Origin: Alphaproteobacteria bacterium
Lineage (GTDB): Bacteria; Pseudomonadota; Alphaproteobacteria; Micavibrionales; CSBR16-224
Assembly (NCBI GenBank): GCA_021775895.1
Contig: JAJFGX010000089.1
Location: 1 to 59,024 of the forward strand
Direction: 5' to 3'
DNA length: 59,024 nucleotides
Part shown: one piece after another, positions 29,826 to 41,422 of the stretch
Layout: each line of letters opens with the position of its first letter
How positions within the stretch are numbered: position 1 is the stretch's first letter
Translations under genes and position numbers: made by a program
Notes under the pieces: generated by a model
The model's database searches: none
The model's input: only the letters and a program-made list of their open reading frames with translations
What the model was told of the DNA's origin: nothing

Positions 29826-31649
29826 ATGATACTTGGATATTTTATAAAGAACTCGTCAATAGCAATAAACTCTCTTGGCATTGATTCAGTGAAATACACT
29901 GCAAAAAGGTTCACACTAGCCTCAATATTTATAGCCATAAATACTATACTCATCTTATTAATGATTCATGGCCTAAAGCATAAAGAAATGCTTGCCTTAA
30001 CAGCATCTATTTTTTATGGCACTGTTATGAGTATCTCATTTACTCTATTTTTAGAAACACATAAGCAAACTCTAGAAAAATACCGTGGAATACGTATCTT
30101 TGATATCATTTCTATTATATTTGTATCTATTTCCTATCTTCTTTTTATGAATGCTGAATACCATATTTCATTGATGCTGATTGGTTTTGGTTTGCTTCTC
30201 TCTATTTTATATGCACCTTATATTTTCCTTAAAATAGATGGTGATGAATTTTCTAAATTTTTTACAGAGGTGAATTTATCTCTATTCTTCACTGGAATAA
30301 CGACTCTAATACTATGTTTAGGAATAACCGCAATTATAGCGAGCATTCAGTATTTATTTGGTATTATTGCATTAAACGCTTTATATTTCTATGTATGGAT
30401 TTTTGGCTATGTATTCTTTGCGCCTTTCTACTTATTATCTTTAGTGCCAAAAAACCTACGTTTCTTGTCTAGTGATGAGTATGAGCATCCAAAATTTATA
30501 AAGTTCGTTGTAAATAATATGCTATCGCCGCTACTGATTGTATATATGTTTATATTGTACATATACATCATAAAGATAATTATTATATGGGAGCTGCCAA
30601 AAGGAAATTTAGCCTATATAGTTTCATGGTTTGGTGCAAAAGGTACTATTACCTATTTATTAGCTTATTCTATACGAGAGCAAGGAAATATCTGGCTACA
30701 GCTTGTGTGTAAATATTTCTATCATGCCTTAATAATCCCTATAATATTACTAGCTGTTGGTATATGGGTGCGTATAGATCAATATGGTATAACTGAGCCT
30801 AGATATCTTGTTATGCTTACTACAATATGGTTGAGTGGCTCTGCTGGCTATATGATTATTTCTAAATCTAAAAAATTAGAAGTAATTCCTATTTTTCTTA
30901 GCCTATTGCTTATCATAGCCTCTATTGGGCCATTAAGTGCTTTTAATGTTTCTGCTCACAGCCAAGTCTCTAGGCTAGAAGTCTACCTGAAAGAAAATAA
31001 TATTCTAGTTAATAATAAAATTAAGAAAACTGAAGTTGAAATTAATTTTGATGAAGAAAAAGAAATTGGCTCAATTCTATGGTATTTAATCAAAACAAAT
31101 AAAGATGAATACATAAAAGAATGGTTTTTAAAAACTGACCATATAAATATAGATGATGACTTAAATGTATACGCCATGGAAAAAACAAAAAATATTATGA
31201 ATGATATGGGCTTAACTTATATTGATTATTATAGATCTGTTAAACAAAGACCCTCAAGCCATGTCAGCACAAAGGGTGGGTACTCTCATGTAGCCATACC
31301 ATTGGAAAAATATGATTACTTAATAAACATTGGCCGTCAAAATATTGTTAGTGATAAATGGCTTAACGAATTTCATATACCAAATACAAACAGCCTAAAA
31401 CTAGACAATGATGTTGTAAAAATAGAAATTATAGACTACATAACCATGATTATAACCTCACCAAAAGGTGATGAAGTTACTTTTGATCTAGCTGAGTTAT
31501 TCTCTAAAGAATGGACTGAAAATATTAAAATGTCAGATACAAATGGCAATTTCAGTGCCGAAATTGAAGTCAAACGTGCTAATGGTCGTTTAACAGACAA
31601 AGAATATAAGTTAAAGTTTATTGATTTTATACTTTTTGTTTCCTACTAG
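29826..31649 (+). CDS. DUF4153-like polytopic membrane protein
   Basis: Many TMs; [31 protein letters not shown]. Confidence 0.8.
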   Translation: MILGYFIKNSSIAINSLGIDSVKYTAKRFTLASIFIAINTILILLMIHGLKHKEMLALTASIFYGTVMSISFTLFLETHKQTLEKYRGIRIFDIISIIFVSISYLLFMNAEYHISLMLIGFGLLLSILYAPYIFLKIDGDEFSKFFTEVNLSLFFTGITTLILCLGITAIIASIQYLFGIIALNALYFYVWIFGYVFFAPFYLLSLVPKNLRFLSSDEYEHPKFIKFVVNNMLSPLLIVYMFILYIYIIKIIIIWELPKGNLAYIVSWFGAKGTITYLLAYSIREQGNIWLQLVCKYFYHALIIPIILLAVGIWVRIDQYGITEPRYLVMLTTIWLSGSAGYMIISKSKKLEVIPIFLSLLLIIASIGPLSAFNVSAHSQVSRLEVYLKENNILVNNKIKKTEVEINFDEEKEIGSILWYLIKTNKDEYIKEWFLKTDHINIDDDLNVYAMEKTKNIMNDMGLTYIDYYRSVKQRPSSHVSTKGGYSHVAIPLEKYDYLINIGRQNIVSDKWLNEFHIPNTNSLKLDNDVVKIEIIDYITMIITSPKGDEVTFDLAELFSKEWTENIKMSDTNGNFSAEIEVKRANGRLTDKEYKLKFIDFILFVSY

Positions 31650-33007
31650 CCACTGTCTACAGCAGCACAAAGTTCTTCTGCCATCTGAAAAGCAAGCTCC
31701 AATGATTGCCTAGCATTAAGCCTAGGATCGCAATGAGTATGATAACGCAAAGATAAATCTATATCTGTAATATCATCAGCTCCACCAGTGCATTCGGTCA
31801 CATTCTGCCCTGTCATTTCCAAATGAATTCCACCTGCCCAGCTATTTTCAGCCTTATGTATTGCAAAGAATTGTCTAATTTCTTCTAGAATATTATTAAA
31901 CTGCCTTGTTTTATATCCAGTAGAAGACTTAATCGTATTACCATGCATAGGGTCACAAACCCAATTAACTATACGTCCTTCATTTTGCACCCTATTAATT
32001 AACTTAGCTAAATGATCACCAATTTTTTCATGTCCAAATCTAGTAATTATACTAATGCGTCCTGCTTCATTTTTTGGATTTAGAATATCTATTAGTTTAA
32101 TCAACTCATCATCATTCATTGTTTCTCCACATTTAACGCCAATTGGGTTGTTAATGCCTCGCATAAATTCTACATGTGCTCCATCTAATTGACGGGTACG
32201 ATCACCAAGCCATAAAAAATGCGCTGATACATCATACCAGTTGTCAGTTGTGCTATCTCTACGAGTAAGAGCCTGCTCGTACGGTAAAAGCAATGCTTCA
32301 TGTGAAGTATAAAACTCTGTTTCTTTAACAATATTTGTTGTGTTAACATCAACTCCAACAGCTGTCAAAAATGCCAAAGCATGCTCAATGTTCTTTGCAA
32401 TACTAAGGTATTTTTCACCTTGTGGGCTATCTGCTGCAAAGTTCAAAATCCATTGTTTTACTCTATGAAGATCTGCATAGCCACCATGAGCAAAGGAACG
32501 CAACAAGTTTAAAGTTGAAGTAGATTGATGATATGCTTGCAAAATTCTATCTGGATTAGGCGTACGTTCCTCAGCTGAAAAACCAAAACCATTGATAATA
32601 TCGCCTCTATAAGATGGTAAAGTAATATCTCCTTGAATTTCACTATTCCCAGAGCGTGGTTTTGCGAACTGCCCTGCCATACGTCCAATTTTAATTACAG
32701 GTACACGAGCGGCAAAAGTTAAAATAACTGCAATTTGTAAAATAACACGAAAAGTATCACGAATATTCTTTGAGTGAAACTCAGCAAAACTTTCTGCACA
32801 ATCACCTGCTTGCAACACAAAAGCTTTGCCCATCGCAGCCTCTGCTAAGTGATTTTTTAATGTCCTGCTTTCGCCTGCAAAAACTAATGGTGGCATATTA
32901 CTTAATGTTTCTAATGTCCTATTAAAACTTGCCTTATCTTTATATTCTGGCATTTGTTCAGCTGGCTTATTTTGCCAACTTGTTGGGCTCCAATTATTTT
33001 CAGTCAC
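31646..33007 (-). CDS. Class II DAHP synthase
   Basis: [34 protein letters not shown]. Confidence 0.96.
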   Translation of the reverse strand: MTENNWSPTSWQNKPAEQMPEYKDKASFNRTLETLSNMPPLVFAGESRTLKNHLAEAAMGKAFVLQAGDCAESFAEFHSKNIRDTFRVILQIAVILTFAARVPVIKIGRMAGQFAKPRSGNSEIQGDITLPSYRGDIINGFGFSAEERTPNPDRILQAYHQSTSTLNLLRSFAHGGYADLHRVKQWILNFAADSPQGEKYLSIAKNIEHALAFLTAVGVDVNTTNIVKETEFYTSHEALLLPYEQALTRRDSTTDNWYDVSAHFLWLGDRTRQLDGAHVEFMRGINNPIGVKCGETMNDDELIKLIDILNPKNEAGRISIITRFGHEKIGDHLAKLINRVQNEGRIVNWVCDPMHGNTIKSSTGYKTRQFNNILEEIRQFFAIHKAENSWAGGIHLEMTGQNVTECTGGADDITDIDLSLRYHTHCDPRLNARQSLELAFQMAEELCAAVDSG

Positions 33008-33103
33008 TATTATATATCCTTATATCTTGGTAAAATCTAATCTATATGCTAGCATAACAGATAAACTATTAAACAATTATTTACGAAAGGAAATATACTC
33101 ATC

Positions 33104-34681
33104 ATGTATATTTTTTATGATCTTGAGACCTCTGATTTAGACAAGAATTTTAGTCAAATACTACAAATTGGTTTAATTTACGCTGATAAAGACCTGAATA
33201 TTATTGAAGAAAAAGAAATTACCTGCAAGCGTTCCCCGTGGATTTTACCATCTCCATCGGCTCTATTAATTACTGGGTTTGCTCCTGAACAATTAGAAAA
33301 GAATAAAAATAGCCAGTTTGATTTGTTAACAGAGCTTGAGAAATGGCTAAACGAAAAAAAGTGGCCTTTAATTTTTGCAGGCTATAACAGCACAAAATTT
33401 GACGACCCTTTTCTACAAAACTGTCGTCACCAAAACCTACAAGAACCTTTTATAAGCTCCATGAGTAAAAAATGGGGCGATGAACGTAACTCAAAAATTG
33501 ACATTATAACCATGGTTAAAGCAGTCGCTATTTTTGCGCCTGAAATATTAACTTTAAATGAGAAGAATACATATGGAACTAAATCCATGGCTCTTGGAAT
33601 AGTATGTCGCCAAAATAATATTAACCTTAGTGAAGAGGCTGCTCACGATGCTATTGCAGATGTTCGTGCAACGCTAGATCTAGCAAAAAAAATTAAGTCC
33701 GAAGCTCCAAAAGTTTGGGAGCAAATGATGACAATGCGTAGTAAAGATAAAGTAGATTATTTCTTAAAGGAAAACCCAGTATTCGGCTATAGCTACGCCC
33801 CTAGGCGTGGTCAATTTATTAGTGACAATATTATTGCTACCTCAATTGCTCAAGCTGCAAACTATGCTAATGAACAAATTGTATTTGACCTTAGCTTTGA
33901 CCCAGCCGAGTACATAAATAAATCTATTGAAGAATTAACAGAGCTAATGAAAGTGGAATCAGATGAGCATGTAACTCATCCATTACGTATTGTTAAAAAA
34001 AATCAACAACCTGTACTAATGCCTTTTGATATGTCTGGCACAATAACCCCTGATAATATCGATGAAGATACATTAAAACAAAGAGCAGAAATGATAAGCA
34101 AGAATCCAGTTTTTCAAAAAAATGTTGCAATAGCAGCTGATAAAGCTAGACCTGTTTTTGAAAATGGCACTGAGCCAGAACAACAAATGTTTGAATTTAT
34201 AGATAAAGCACATAAGAAAGATTTACAAATGTGGATTAATGAATTTCATGCTGGAAATTGGAAAGAACGACAAGAAACTGTTCAAGATTTTCCAAAAAGA
34301 TTTAAGTTAGCTTTAGAAAAACAGCCATCAATTAAAAGATTCATGAGCTTTGCCATGCGAATTATTTATGCTGATGCACCAGAGGTTATGACAGAAAACA
34401 TGCAACAAAAATACAGTTTAGCACTATTAAAAAGACTGTCTGATACCAATACAGATGTGCCATGGATGACTTTTGAAAAAGTTCGCAACCAACTAAATGA
34501 AGTTGTTGAACTCAGAGACAAAGGGGAAGAGCGTTGGAAGAATATAACTGATAAGCAAGTAGAAGATTTACGGAGTTACTATCTGAGTATTGCAGACAAC
34601 TTATTATCTATAACAGCTAAAAATGATAATAATAAAACATCTGGAAAGTCCAATAATAACCAGCAAAAACCATCGCCTTGA
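33104..34681 (+). CDS. sbcB: Exodeoxyribonuclease I with low-complexity C-terminal tail
   Basis: DEDDh motifs YDLETS, GYNSTKFDD, AHDAIADV; NQQPVL; EQQMF. Confidence 0.8.
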   Translation: MYIFYDLETSDLDKNFSQILQIGLIYADKDLNIIEEKEITCKRSPWILPSPSALLITGFAPEQLEKNKNSQFDLLTELEKWLNEKKWPLIFAGYNSTKFDDPFLQNCRHQNLQEPFISSMSKKWGDERNSKIDIITMVKAVAIFAPEILTLNEKNTYGTKSMALGIVCRQNNINLSEEAAHDAIADVRATLDLAKKIKSEAPKVWEQMMTMRSKDKVDYFLKENPVFGYSYAPRRGQFISDNIIATSIAQAANYANEQIVFDLSFDPAEYINKSIEELTELMKVESDEHVTHPLRIVKKNQQPVLMPFDMSGTITPDNIDEDTLKQRAEMISKNPVFQKNVAIAADKARPVFENGTEPEQQMFEFIDKAHKKDLQMWINEFHAGNWKERQETVQDFPKRFKLALEKQPSIKRFMSFAMRIIYADAPEVMTENMQQKYSLALLKRLSDTNTDVPWMTFEKVRNQLNEVVELRDKGEERWKNITDKQVEDLRSYYLSIADNLLSITAKNDNNKTSGKSNNNQQKPSP

Positions 34682-34695
34682 TTTTATTGTTGTCT

Positions 34696-35151
34696 TTATT
34701 TTTTATGACTTACACGCCTTTTAGCAAAAGCACGAAAATTTCTTTGCTTCTCTAATCTACCTTCCTTAAATTCTTTTTCTGTGTTTTTTATCTCTGTGCA
34801 TATTTCAGCAATTTCTTCACGTTTTGAATCATACATGGGTCTATATTGTTTTTCTATACGCTCAGTATCTGCACCAGCAAGAATTAATATAGCCGCACAA
34901 TCTACATGACCTCTAATAATTGCCCAATCAACTGCACTTCTATTAGCTTCATCTTGTATATTTAAATCAGCTTTTGCTTTTACTAGCAACTCTACACTAT
35001 CTTTGTTACCAAAAAATGTGGCAATAATTAGTGCTGTGTTACCAATATCATCTTTTCCATTTATATTCACACCTTTACTAATTATCTCTTTCAGGCCAAG
35101 GACATTATCCTTTTGAGCACTAGATGTAAAATTCTCAACTAAGTTATTCAT
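34696..35151 (-). CDS. Ankyrin-repeat protein with basic C-terminal tail
   Basis: GNTALIIA..G....VELLV..KADLN, ANRSAVDWA..GH..C..IL..GAD; start at 35151 after AAGGAG. Confidence 0.88.
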   Translation of the reverse strand: MNNLVENFTSSAQKDNVLGLKEIISKGVNINGKDDIGNTALIIATFFGNKDSVELLVKAKADLNIQDEANRSAVDWAIIRGHVDCAAILILAGADTERIEKQYRPMYDSKREEIAEICTEIKNTEKEFKEGRLEKQRNFRAFAKRRVSHKK

Positions 35152-35188
35152 ACGACAAAACTCCTTAAACATTGTACAAATTAAGCAA

Positions 35189-35218
35189 ACCATACAACAG
35201 TCTTAAGGATATGTCAAG
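35189..35218 (-). promoter_or_regulatory. sigma70 promoter with shared extended motif
   Basis: CTTGACA-17-TATGGT (CTTGACATATCCTTAAGACTGTTGTATGG). Confidence 0.65.
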
Positions 35219-35236
35219 TGAATAATTGTAATTATT

Positions 35237-35689
35237 TTATTTTGAATCAGCTATCATTGCAGTAACGGTAGCTTCAGCACAAATTTTTCCATCAACTTTT
35301 GCCTCACAAGCAAAACGCCATACTCTTCCTCTGGAATGTTCTTTTTTTACATGAATATGCATGCTATCTCCAGGAACGACGACTTTGCGAAACTTTGCTT
35401 TATCTATTGCTAAAAAATATACTAATTTATTGGCTAAATTTTCACCTAAACTATCAACAACCAATATTGCCGAAGTTTGAGCCATAGCCTCAACTATTAA
35501 TACTCCAGGCATCACAGGAGATTCTGGGAAGTGACCTTGAAAGAAATTTTCATTTATAGTTACATTCTTTAATCCTATAGCACTTTCACCTGCTTTAATC
35601 TCTAGCATGCGATCTACCAATAACATAGGGTATCGGTGTGGAAGCATCTCCATAATACGCTTTACATCTATTATATTTTCTCCTGACAT
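35237..35689 (-). CDS. fabZ: 3-hydroxyacyl-ACP dehydratase
   Basis: [31 protein letters not shown]. Confidence 0.97.
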   Translation of the reverse strand: MSGENIIDVKRIMEMLPHRYPMLLVDRMLEIKAGESAIGLKNVTINENFFQGHFPESPVMPGVLIVEAMAQTSAILVVDSLGENLANKLVYFLAIDKAKFRKVVVPGDSMHIHVKKEHSRGRVWRFACEAKVDGKICAEATVTAMIADSK

Positions 35690-35715
35690 AATAAACCCTC
35701 CATAATAATTAATAT

Positions 35716-36744
35716 TTATTTTGATTTTTGCTTAATAAGGCGTGATAGTGCGGCTACTTGCCTCATATATTGTTTCAAAGGAATAGCTGGCGACCCCATA
35801 TATTCTGCCTGCCCTGCGGGGATATCACGCATAATACCAGATTGTGCGGCTATTCGTACTCCTGAACCTATTTTAAGATGACCTGCAAACCCAGACTGCC
35901 CACCAGCCATTACAAAATCACCAAATTCTGTACTGCCAGAAATTCCAGTTTGAGCTACGATTACACAATTACGCCCAATTTTAACGTTATGCCCAATTTG
36001 AACCAAGTTATCAATCCTAGTACCTGCACCAATTACTGTATCGGGCCCTGCCCCTCTATCAATTGTGGAGTTAGCTCCAACCTCAACATTGTCTTCAATA
36101 ATAACACGCCCTAGCTGAGGCACTGTCGTAAAACCAGAGGAATCAATAGCAAAACCAAAACCGCGCTGTCCTATACAAGCACCAGCATAAATCTCAATAT
36201 TATTTCCAAGTAAACAATGGCTTAAACTAGCATTCATACCGATTGTACAATTATCACCAATTTCAACAAACTCTCCAATTACAGAATTAGCACCAACTAT
36301 ACAATTATCACCAATTTTTACATGTTTGCCAATTACAGCTCCTGCTTCAACTATGCAAGCCTCGCCAAATATAGCTGTATCATCAATAATTGATTTTTTA
36401 TGATAGCTGGTCTTTTCAACTTTTTTCTCTGGATAAAACTGCTGTGCTGCCAAAGCATATGATTTGTAGGGGTTCTTTGATAATAAACAAATTGTATTAT
36501 CTGGAGCATGTTTAGCTAAATCTGGATGTACAAAACATGCGCCGGCTTCTGTCTTTTCGAATTCATGCAGATATTTTTTATTATCTAAAAAACTTACATG
36601 ATTAACATTAGCTATATCCAAAGCGGCTACGTCTTCAAACTTTTGCTTGGCACATGCCAAATTAACAATTTCTGCATTTGCTACTCTTGCAATCTCTTCC
36701 AAAGTAATTGGTTTATGCCTGTGAAAAAAACGTTGATCTGCCAT
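35716..36744 (-). CDS. lpxD: UDP-3-O-acylglucosamine N-acyltransferase
   Basis: MADQRFF start, [21 protein letters not shown]. Confidence 0.96.
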   Translation of the reverse strand: MADQRFFHRHKPITLEEIARVANAEIVNLACAKQKFEDVAALDIANVNHVSFLDNKKYLHEFEKTEAGACFVHPDLAKHAPDNTICLLSKNPYKSYALAAQQFYPEKKVEKTSYHKKSIIDDTAIFGEACIVEAGAVIGKHVKIGDNCIVGANSVIGEFVEIGDNCTIGMNASLSHCLLGNNIEIYAGACIGQRGFGFAIDSSGFTTVPQLGRVIIEDNVEVGANSTIDRGAGPDTVIGAGTRIDNLVQIGHNVKIGRNCVIVAQTGISGSTEFGDFVMAGGQSGFAGHLKIGSGVRIAAQSGIMRDIPAGQAEYMGSPAIPLKQYMRQVAALSRLIKQKSK

Positions 36745-36758
36745 AGTATTATACTTTC

Positions 36759-37334
36759 TTACTTCCACTTAATTGGAATTGTTTTAACTTCTTTATCAAG
36801 ACGAGCCAAAACTTCATTAGTAATATCTAGGGAGCCTATAGCCAACACAACTTGTTGGTGAGAAAGAACAATATCAAAACCTCGTTTTTTAGCAATACCT
36901 CGAACTATAGTCGCTGATTTTTGACGTAATTCTTGCAAAGATTTTTCTACAGCCACGTCAATTTGACGCATTTCATTTTGTGCATTTTTTTGTACTGTTA
37001 TTACCTTTTGTTTAAACAACTTCTTTTTTGCAATTAGCTCTTCCTTTTTTAATTCATCTTGTTCTTTTAAAACACCCTGTTGAAAAGCTAAAACATCTTT
37101 TTCTTGTTTTTGAATCTTAGCTTGATATTGCTTTCGCTTTTTATCAACCTGTGAACGAATATTTTGTGCAGCAACAGATTTACGCATTATAATATCCATA
37201 TTTACAACACCAATTTTTGAGCTATCTGTAGTAACTTCAGCTTGAGATTTTGTGGTAAAAAAACAACACAACCCCACAATCAAAGCAATTGCAAGCATAT
37301 GTCTTATAGAAAATAAACTCATTGTATTTTTCAT
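36759..37334 (-). CDS. skp: OmpH/Skp periplasmic chaperone
   Basis: Signal peptide, IGVVNM, coiled coil, DITNEVLARLD; between bamA and lpxD. Confidence 0.9.
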   Translation of the reverse strand: MKNTMSLFSIRHMLAIALIVGLCCFFTTKSQAEVTTDSSKIGVVNMDIIMRKSVAAQNIRSQVDKKRKQYQAKIQKQEKDVLAFQQGVLKEQDELKKEELIAKKKLFKQKVITVQKNAQNEMRQIDVAVEKSLQELRQKSATIVRGIAKKRGFDIVLSHQQVVLAIGSLDITNEVLARLDKEVKTIPIKWK

Positions 37335-37357
37335 TATTTTATCCTTTTGTATAACAC

Positions 37358-39637
37358 TTAAAAGCTTGTTCCGAAACTAAATCGAAAAACTTCATCTATA
37401 TCGAATTCTTCATCTAACACAGGAGTTGCAAAGTCTAACCTAATTGGTCCTAACGGAGAACGCCATGAGCCACCGATACCAACCGAAGCCCTTACAGATG
37501 ACTCATCAAATATATTTGAGCCTGAATCATCAACACTCCATAAGCTACCAAAATCTGAGAAGACATGTCCACGAACTCCAAGTTCTTTTGGTAACCCCAC
37601 TGGGAAGCCTAATTCAACAGAACCACGATAGAATTGATTACCACCTAAAGCATCTGTTGTTGTTGCATCTCTAGGCCCTATACCTGCTCTCTCAAATCCA
37701 CGTAAAGTAGATCCACCTATATAAAAACGTTCATTAATGCGGACATCTTCACCACCCCAACCAAAAATATATCCAGCCTCACCTAAAGCACTCAGAATCC
37801 ACTGCTCATGAATTGGCCAATAATAATTAGCACCAAGACGCGTACTTAAATATTGAGCATCTCCACCAATACCTGCAAATTCTGTATCAAACCTTACTAC
37901 ACCGCCTTCAGTAGGTTCTAATGTGCTATCTCTAGTATCATAAGTAATGCGCTGAGAAATAGAGGAGGTTGCCCTTGCACCTTCTTGTTGACGAATAAAT
38001 AAAGATGCATCTGGCTGTACATTCTGAATATCATTATCTTCTAAACGATATCTTAAAGACTGTCGTAAATTTTTAGCTAAAGGATAAGCTGTTCGTAAAC
38101 TAAAACCAGTTTGACGTCGGTCAAATGAGCTTTCATCTTGCAAGTCTCTAGTTATGTGAAATATATCAATTCCAGCCTCAAGGTCACGGTTTAAAAAATG
38201 AGGCTCTGTAAAACCAAGGTCAAATTCAGTTCTTGAGCCAGATAATATTGTACTAAATTCTAGTTTTTGCCCTTTACCTAGTAAATTGTTTTCTCGAATA
38301 ACAAAGTTTGCTAATGGTCCATCTGTTGAAGAAAATCCTGCTCCGATTGATAATTCACCAGTTGATTTCTCTTGCACTTCAATTTCAATATCTGTTCTAT
38401 CAGCTGATGCTGTTTGTACATGACGAATTTTCACATCATCAAAAAAGTCCAAATCTTTAATATTTTGTTCTGAACGTTTAAGTTTTGTTCTATTAAATGG
38501 ATCACCCTCAACTAATAGCATTTCACGCCTAACGACAGAATCTAAAGTACGTACATTTCCATGAATGTTAATATTCTGAATAAATACTTTCGCACTTTCA
38601 TTAATTACAAATGCTAGGTCAACTTTTTGATTTTCTCGTTCACGCTTGACTTTAGGACGAATATCAATGAAAGCATATTGTTTGTTTTCAACTTCTCCCG
38701 TTAAAGAGACCACAGCATCTTCCACGGCACTAGCATCATACCAGCTACCTTCTTTTATATTCACTAAAGATCTTATCCAGTTTTCATCTAACTCACCCAC
38801 TCTATTATCAATCGTGATATTACCTACTTTATAGCGTTCACCTTCTTCGATTATAAAAGTTAAGAAAAAATCTTTTTTATCCGCAGAAAGTTCTGCAACT
38901 GATGAAGTTATTTGAAAATCTGCAAAACCATGGTTCAGGTAAAAACGACGTAATAACTCTTTATCAAAAGCTAAACGATCAGGGTCATATTTATCATTTG
39001 AGCTTAAAAAACGATACCAACGAGTTTCTTTACTAGTAATGGTATCCTCTAATTTTCCATCATCAAAATTATGGTTGCCCATAAAGCTAACTCTACGAAT
39101 TCTAGTTTCTGGCCCCTCAGAAATTTCAAATACAAGATTAACACGATTTTGATCCAACTTAATAATTTTAGGATTTATACTAACTGAAAACAAACCACTT
39201 AATCGGTAAACTTCAAGTAACCTCTGAACATCTGATTGTACTTTTGTTCTTGTGAAAACAACACGTTGTCTCAACTGTATTTCAGTTTGTAGGTTTTCAT
39301 TTTTTATTTTTTCGTTACCTTCGAATGAAATTTCATTAATCACTGGGTTCTCAGCTACTCGAACAACAAGATCATCGCCACTATGATAGAAGTTAATATC
39401 GGAAAATAACCCTGTAGCAAACAGTGATTTCAAACTTTTATTCAAGCTATCTTGACTTATTTCATCACCAGGTTGGATATCTAGATAAGTCATAACCGTA
39501 GCTGGATCTATACGTTCTGAGCCTTCAATACGAATATTTTTAGCAACTTCCGCATAAGAAACCGATACAGAAAATACTGTAAAACATACAAGTGTTAACA
39601 ACACACAATAGAATTTATTAGTTCGTAAGTACTTCAC
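37358..39637 (-). CDS. bamA: Outer membrane protein assembly factor
   Basis: POTRA repeats, LRGF, SPLGP, terminal FSFGTSF. Confidence 0.97.
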   Translation of the reverse strand: MKYLRTNKFYCVLLTLVCFTVFSVSVSYAEVAKNIRIEGSERIDPATVMTYLDIQPGDEISQDSLNKSLKSLFATGLFSDINFYHSGDDLVVRVAENPVINEISFEGNEKIKNENLQTEIQLRQRVVFTRTKVQSDVQRLLEVYRLSGLFSVSINPKIIKLDQNRVNLVFEISEGPETRIRRVSFMGNHNFDDGKLEDTITSKETRWYRFLSSNDKYDPDRLAFDKELLRRFYLNHGFADFQITSSVAELSADKKDFFLTFIIEEGERYKVGNITIDNRVGELDENWIRSLVNIKEGSWYDASAVEDAVVSLTGEVENKQYAFIDIRPKVKRERENQKVDLAFVINESAKVFIQNINIHGNVRTLDSVVRREMLLVEGDPFNRTKLKRSEQNIKDLDFFDDVKIRHVQTASADRTDIEIEVQEKSTGELSIGAGFSSTDGPLANFVIRENNLLGKGQKLEFSTILSGSRTEFDLGFTEPHFLNRDLEAGIDIFHITRDLQDESSFDRRQTGFSLRTAYPLAKNLRQSLRYRLEDNDIQNVQPDASLFIRQQEGARATSSISQRITYDTRDSTLEPTEGGVVRFDTEFAGIGGDAQYLSTRLGANYYWPIHEQWILSALGEAGYIFGWGGEDVRINERFYIGGSTLRGFERAGIGPRDATTTDALGGNQFYRGSVELGFPVGLPKELGVRGHVFSDFGSLWSVDDSGSNIFDESSVRASVGIGGSWRSPLGPIRLDFATPVLDEEFDIDEVFRFSFGTSF

Positions 39638-39683
39638 TTCATCTCCATTTTAAGTATTAGTGCAGAATCACTCTAGCAAAACT

Positions 39684-40295
39684 TTAACCATCTGACCACA
39701 ATGTTTTTCGTCCAAGAAAGCCATCTAACATTGAAGATAAATGAAACATTTTACTTAGATGCTGATCTAACACAGACATAGTTTTAGCCATATCTTCACT
39801 ATCATCTTTCAGCCAAGTTTGTACAGTTAGCATATAAACCACAGATAGAGCAACAATGAAAGCATCTTCTTTAATCATAGATGAAGTCACTACTCCTGCT
39901 TTCTCAAGGATACTACGCATAGAGTAACAAAAATCCTTTTTGAAGCTCCAAAGATTTTCTGGTGCTGTCTTTAAAGGAGAAAGCATAGAAACCAATGCTT
40001 TTCTTTCTTTATTCAACAAATCGAAACGATACATTATAACATCAAAAAGTCTGTCTTTTGCTGTATCAAATTCCGAATCGAAGTGTAAATTTGCAGCTAA
40101 TAAATCATCATTTACCTTTTGCAGTACCGCCATTACAATTTCATTTTTATTTGCAAATATATTTTTAAGTTCCTTATTAGCAACCCCTAAATCCTCCGCA
40201 ATGCACTCTAAAGATACATTGTTCCAACCATTTTTATTAGCTAGCTTTAATGCTGATTGCAAAATATTCTGTTTTTTTATTTTTATTTGTGTCAT
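39684..40295 (-). CDS. TetR/COQ9-like helix-turn-helix protein
   Basis: N-terminal HTH, DRLFDVIMYRFD, WLKDDSEDMAKTM. Confidence 0.8.
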   Translation of the reverse strand: MTQIKIKKQNILQSALKLANKNGWNNVSLECIAEDLGVANKELKNIFANKNEIVMAVLQKVNDDLLAANLHFDSEFDTAKDRLFDVIMYRFDLLNKERKALVSMLSPLKTAPENLWSFKKDFCYSMRSILEKAGVVTSSMIKEDAFIVALSVVYMLTVQTWLKDDSEDMAKTMSVLDQHLSKMFHLSSMLDGFLGRKTLWSDG

Positions 40296-40384
40296 CTTGT
40301 TGACTTAATTTTCTGTTTAATATTGTTATGCAGAATAACAAAGCTCTACCATTCAAACAAGAACTAAAGAAAGATAAATATAAA

Positions 40385-41383
40385 ATGGATTCAAAAATAG
40401 ATGTTGTTGGCATTGGAAATGCTATCGTTGATGTTCTAAGCCAAACTGAAGATAGTTTTTTAGAACAAGAACAATTAACAAAGAATACAATGATGCTCAT
40501 AGATACTGAGCAAGCTCAAGAGCTTTATAGCAAAATGGGGCCAGGCGTAGAAGTTTCTGGCGGTTCAGTTGCAAACACAATTGCTGCCTTAGCCTCTCTT
40601 GGTGGCAAAACTGGTTTTATTGGTAAAGTTTCTCACGATCAGCTTGGCGATGTTTTTAGTCATGATATGCGTGCAATGGGTGTGAAGTTCTCAACCCCTG
40701 CCCTGCAAGATGGGCCTTCAACTGCTCGCTGCTTAATTTTTGTTACTCCAGATGCTCAAAGGACTATGTGTACTTTTCTTGGTGCTAGCGTTTGGATTGC
40801 TTCAACAGATATCGATGCTGAACTTATAGAATCTGCTAAAATTATTTATTTAGAGGGATATTTATTTGATCGAGACCGTGCGAAAAAAGCTTTTGAGCTT
40901 GCCGCAGAAATAGCTCACAAGGCTAATTCAAAGGTAGCCTTAACACTATCTGATGTTTTTTGTGTTGAAAGGCATAGAGAAGAATTTCTACATATGATTA
41001 AGAATCATGTTGATATATTATTTGCTAATGAAGAAGAAATTAAAGCCTTATATGAAACGAATGATTTTGACGATGCCGTGTATCAAGTGCAAGAGAACTG
41101 CTCACTTGCTGCCTTAACAAGGGGAGAAAAAGGCTCTGTTATCGTTACAAAAGATAAAAAAATCAATATTCCTGCAACAATTATAAGCAATGTAGTTGAT
41201 ACAACAGGTGCTGGTGATCTATATGCGGCAGGTTTTTTGTATGGTTACTCCCAAGGAAAAGACTTGGAGATATGTGGAGAAATAGCCTCTATCGCTGCAT
41301 CAGAGGTTTTAACACATATGGGAGCTAGACCACAAGTTAACCTTGCAAAACTGCTAGAGCAGAAATTAAGTGCTACAGCTTAA
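40385..41383 (+). CDS. PfkB-family adenosine kinase
   Basis: DVVGIGNAIVD, GGSVANT, DTTGAGD. Confidence 0.9.
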   Translation: MDSKIDVVGIGNAIVDVLSQTEDSFLEQEQLTKNTMMLIDTEQAQELYSKMGPGVEVSGGSVANTIAALASLGGKTGFIGKVSHDQLGDVFSHDMRAMGVKFSTPALQDGPSTARCLIFVTPDAQRTMCTFLGASVWIASTDIDAELIESAKIIYLEGYLFDRDRAKKAFELAAEIAHKANSKVALTLSDVFCVERHREEFLHMIKNHVDILFANEEEIKALYETNDFDDAVYQVQENCSLAALTRGEKGSVIVTKDKKINIPATIISNVVDTTGAGDLYAAGFLYGYSQGKDLEICGEIASIAASEVLTHMGARPQVNLAKLLEQKLSATA

Positions 41384-41393
41384 AATTAAACTT

Positions 41394-41409
41394 TAGGGTC
41401 AAGACCCTA
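41394..41409. repeat. Short palindrome, similar copy at 50195-50210
   Basis: TAGGGTCAAGACCCTA. Confidence 0.45.
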
Positions 41410-41422
41410 GAAATGACAAAAT

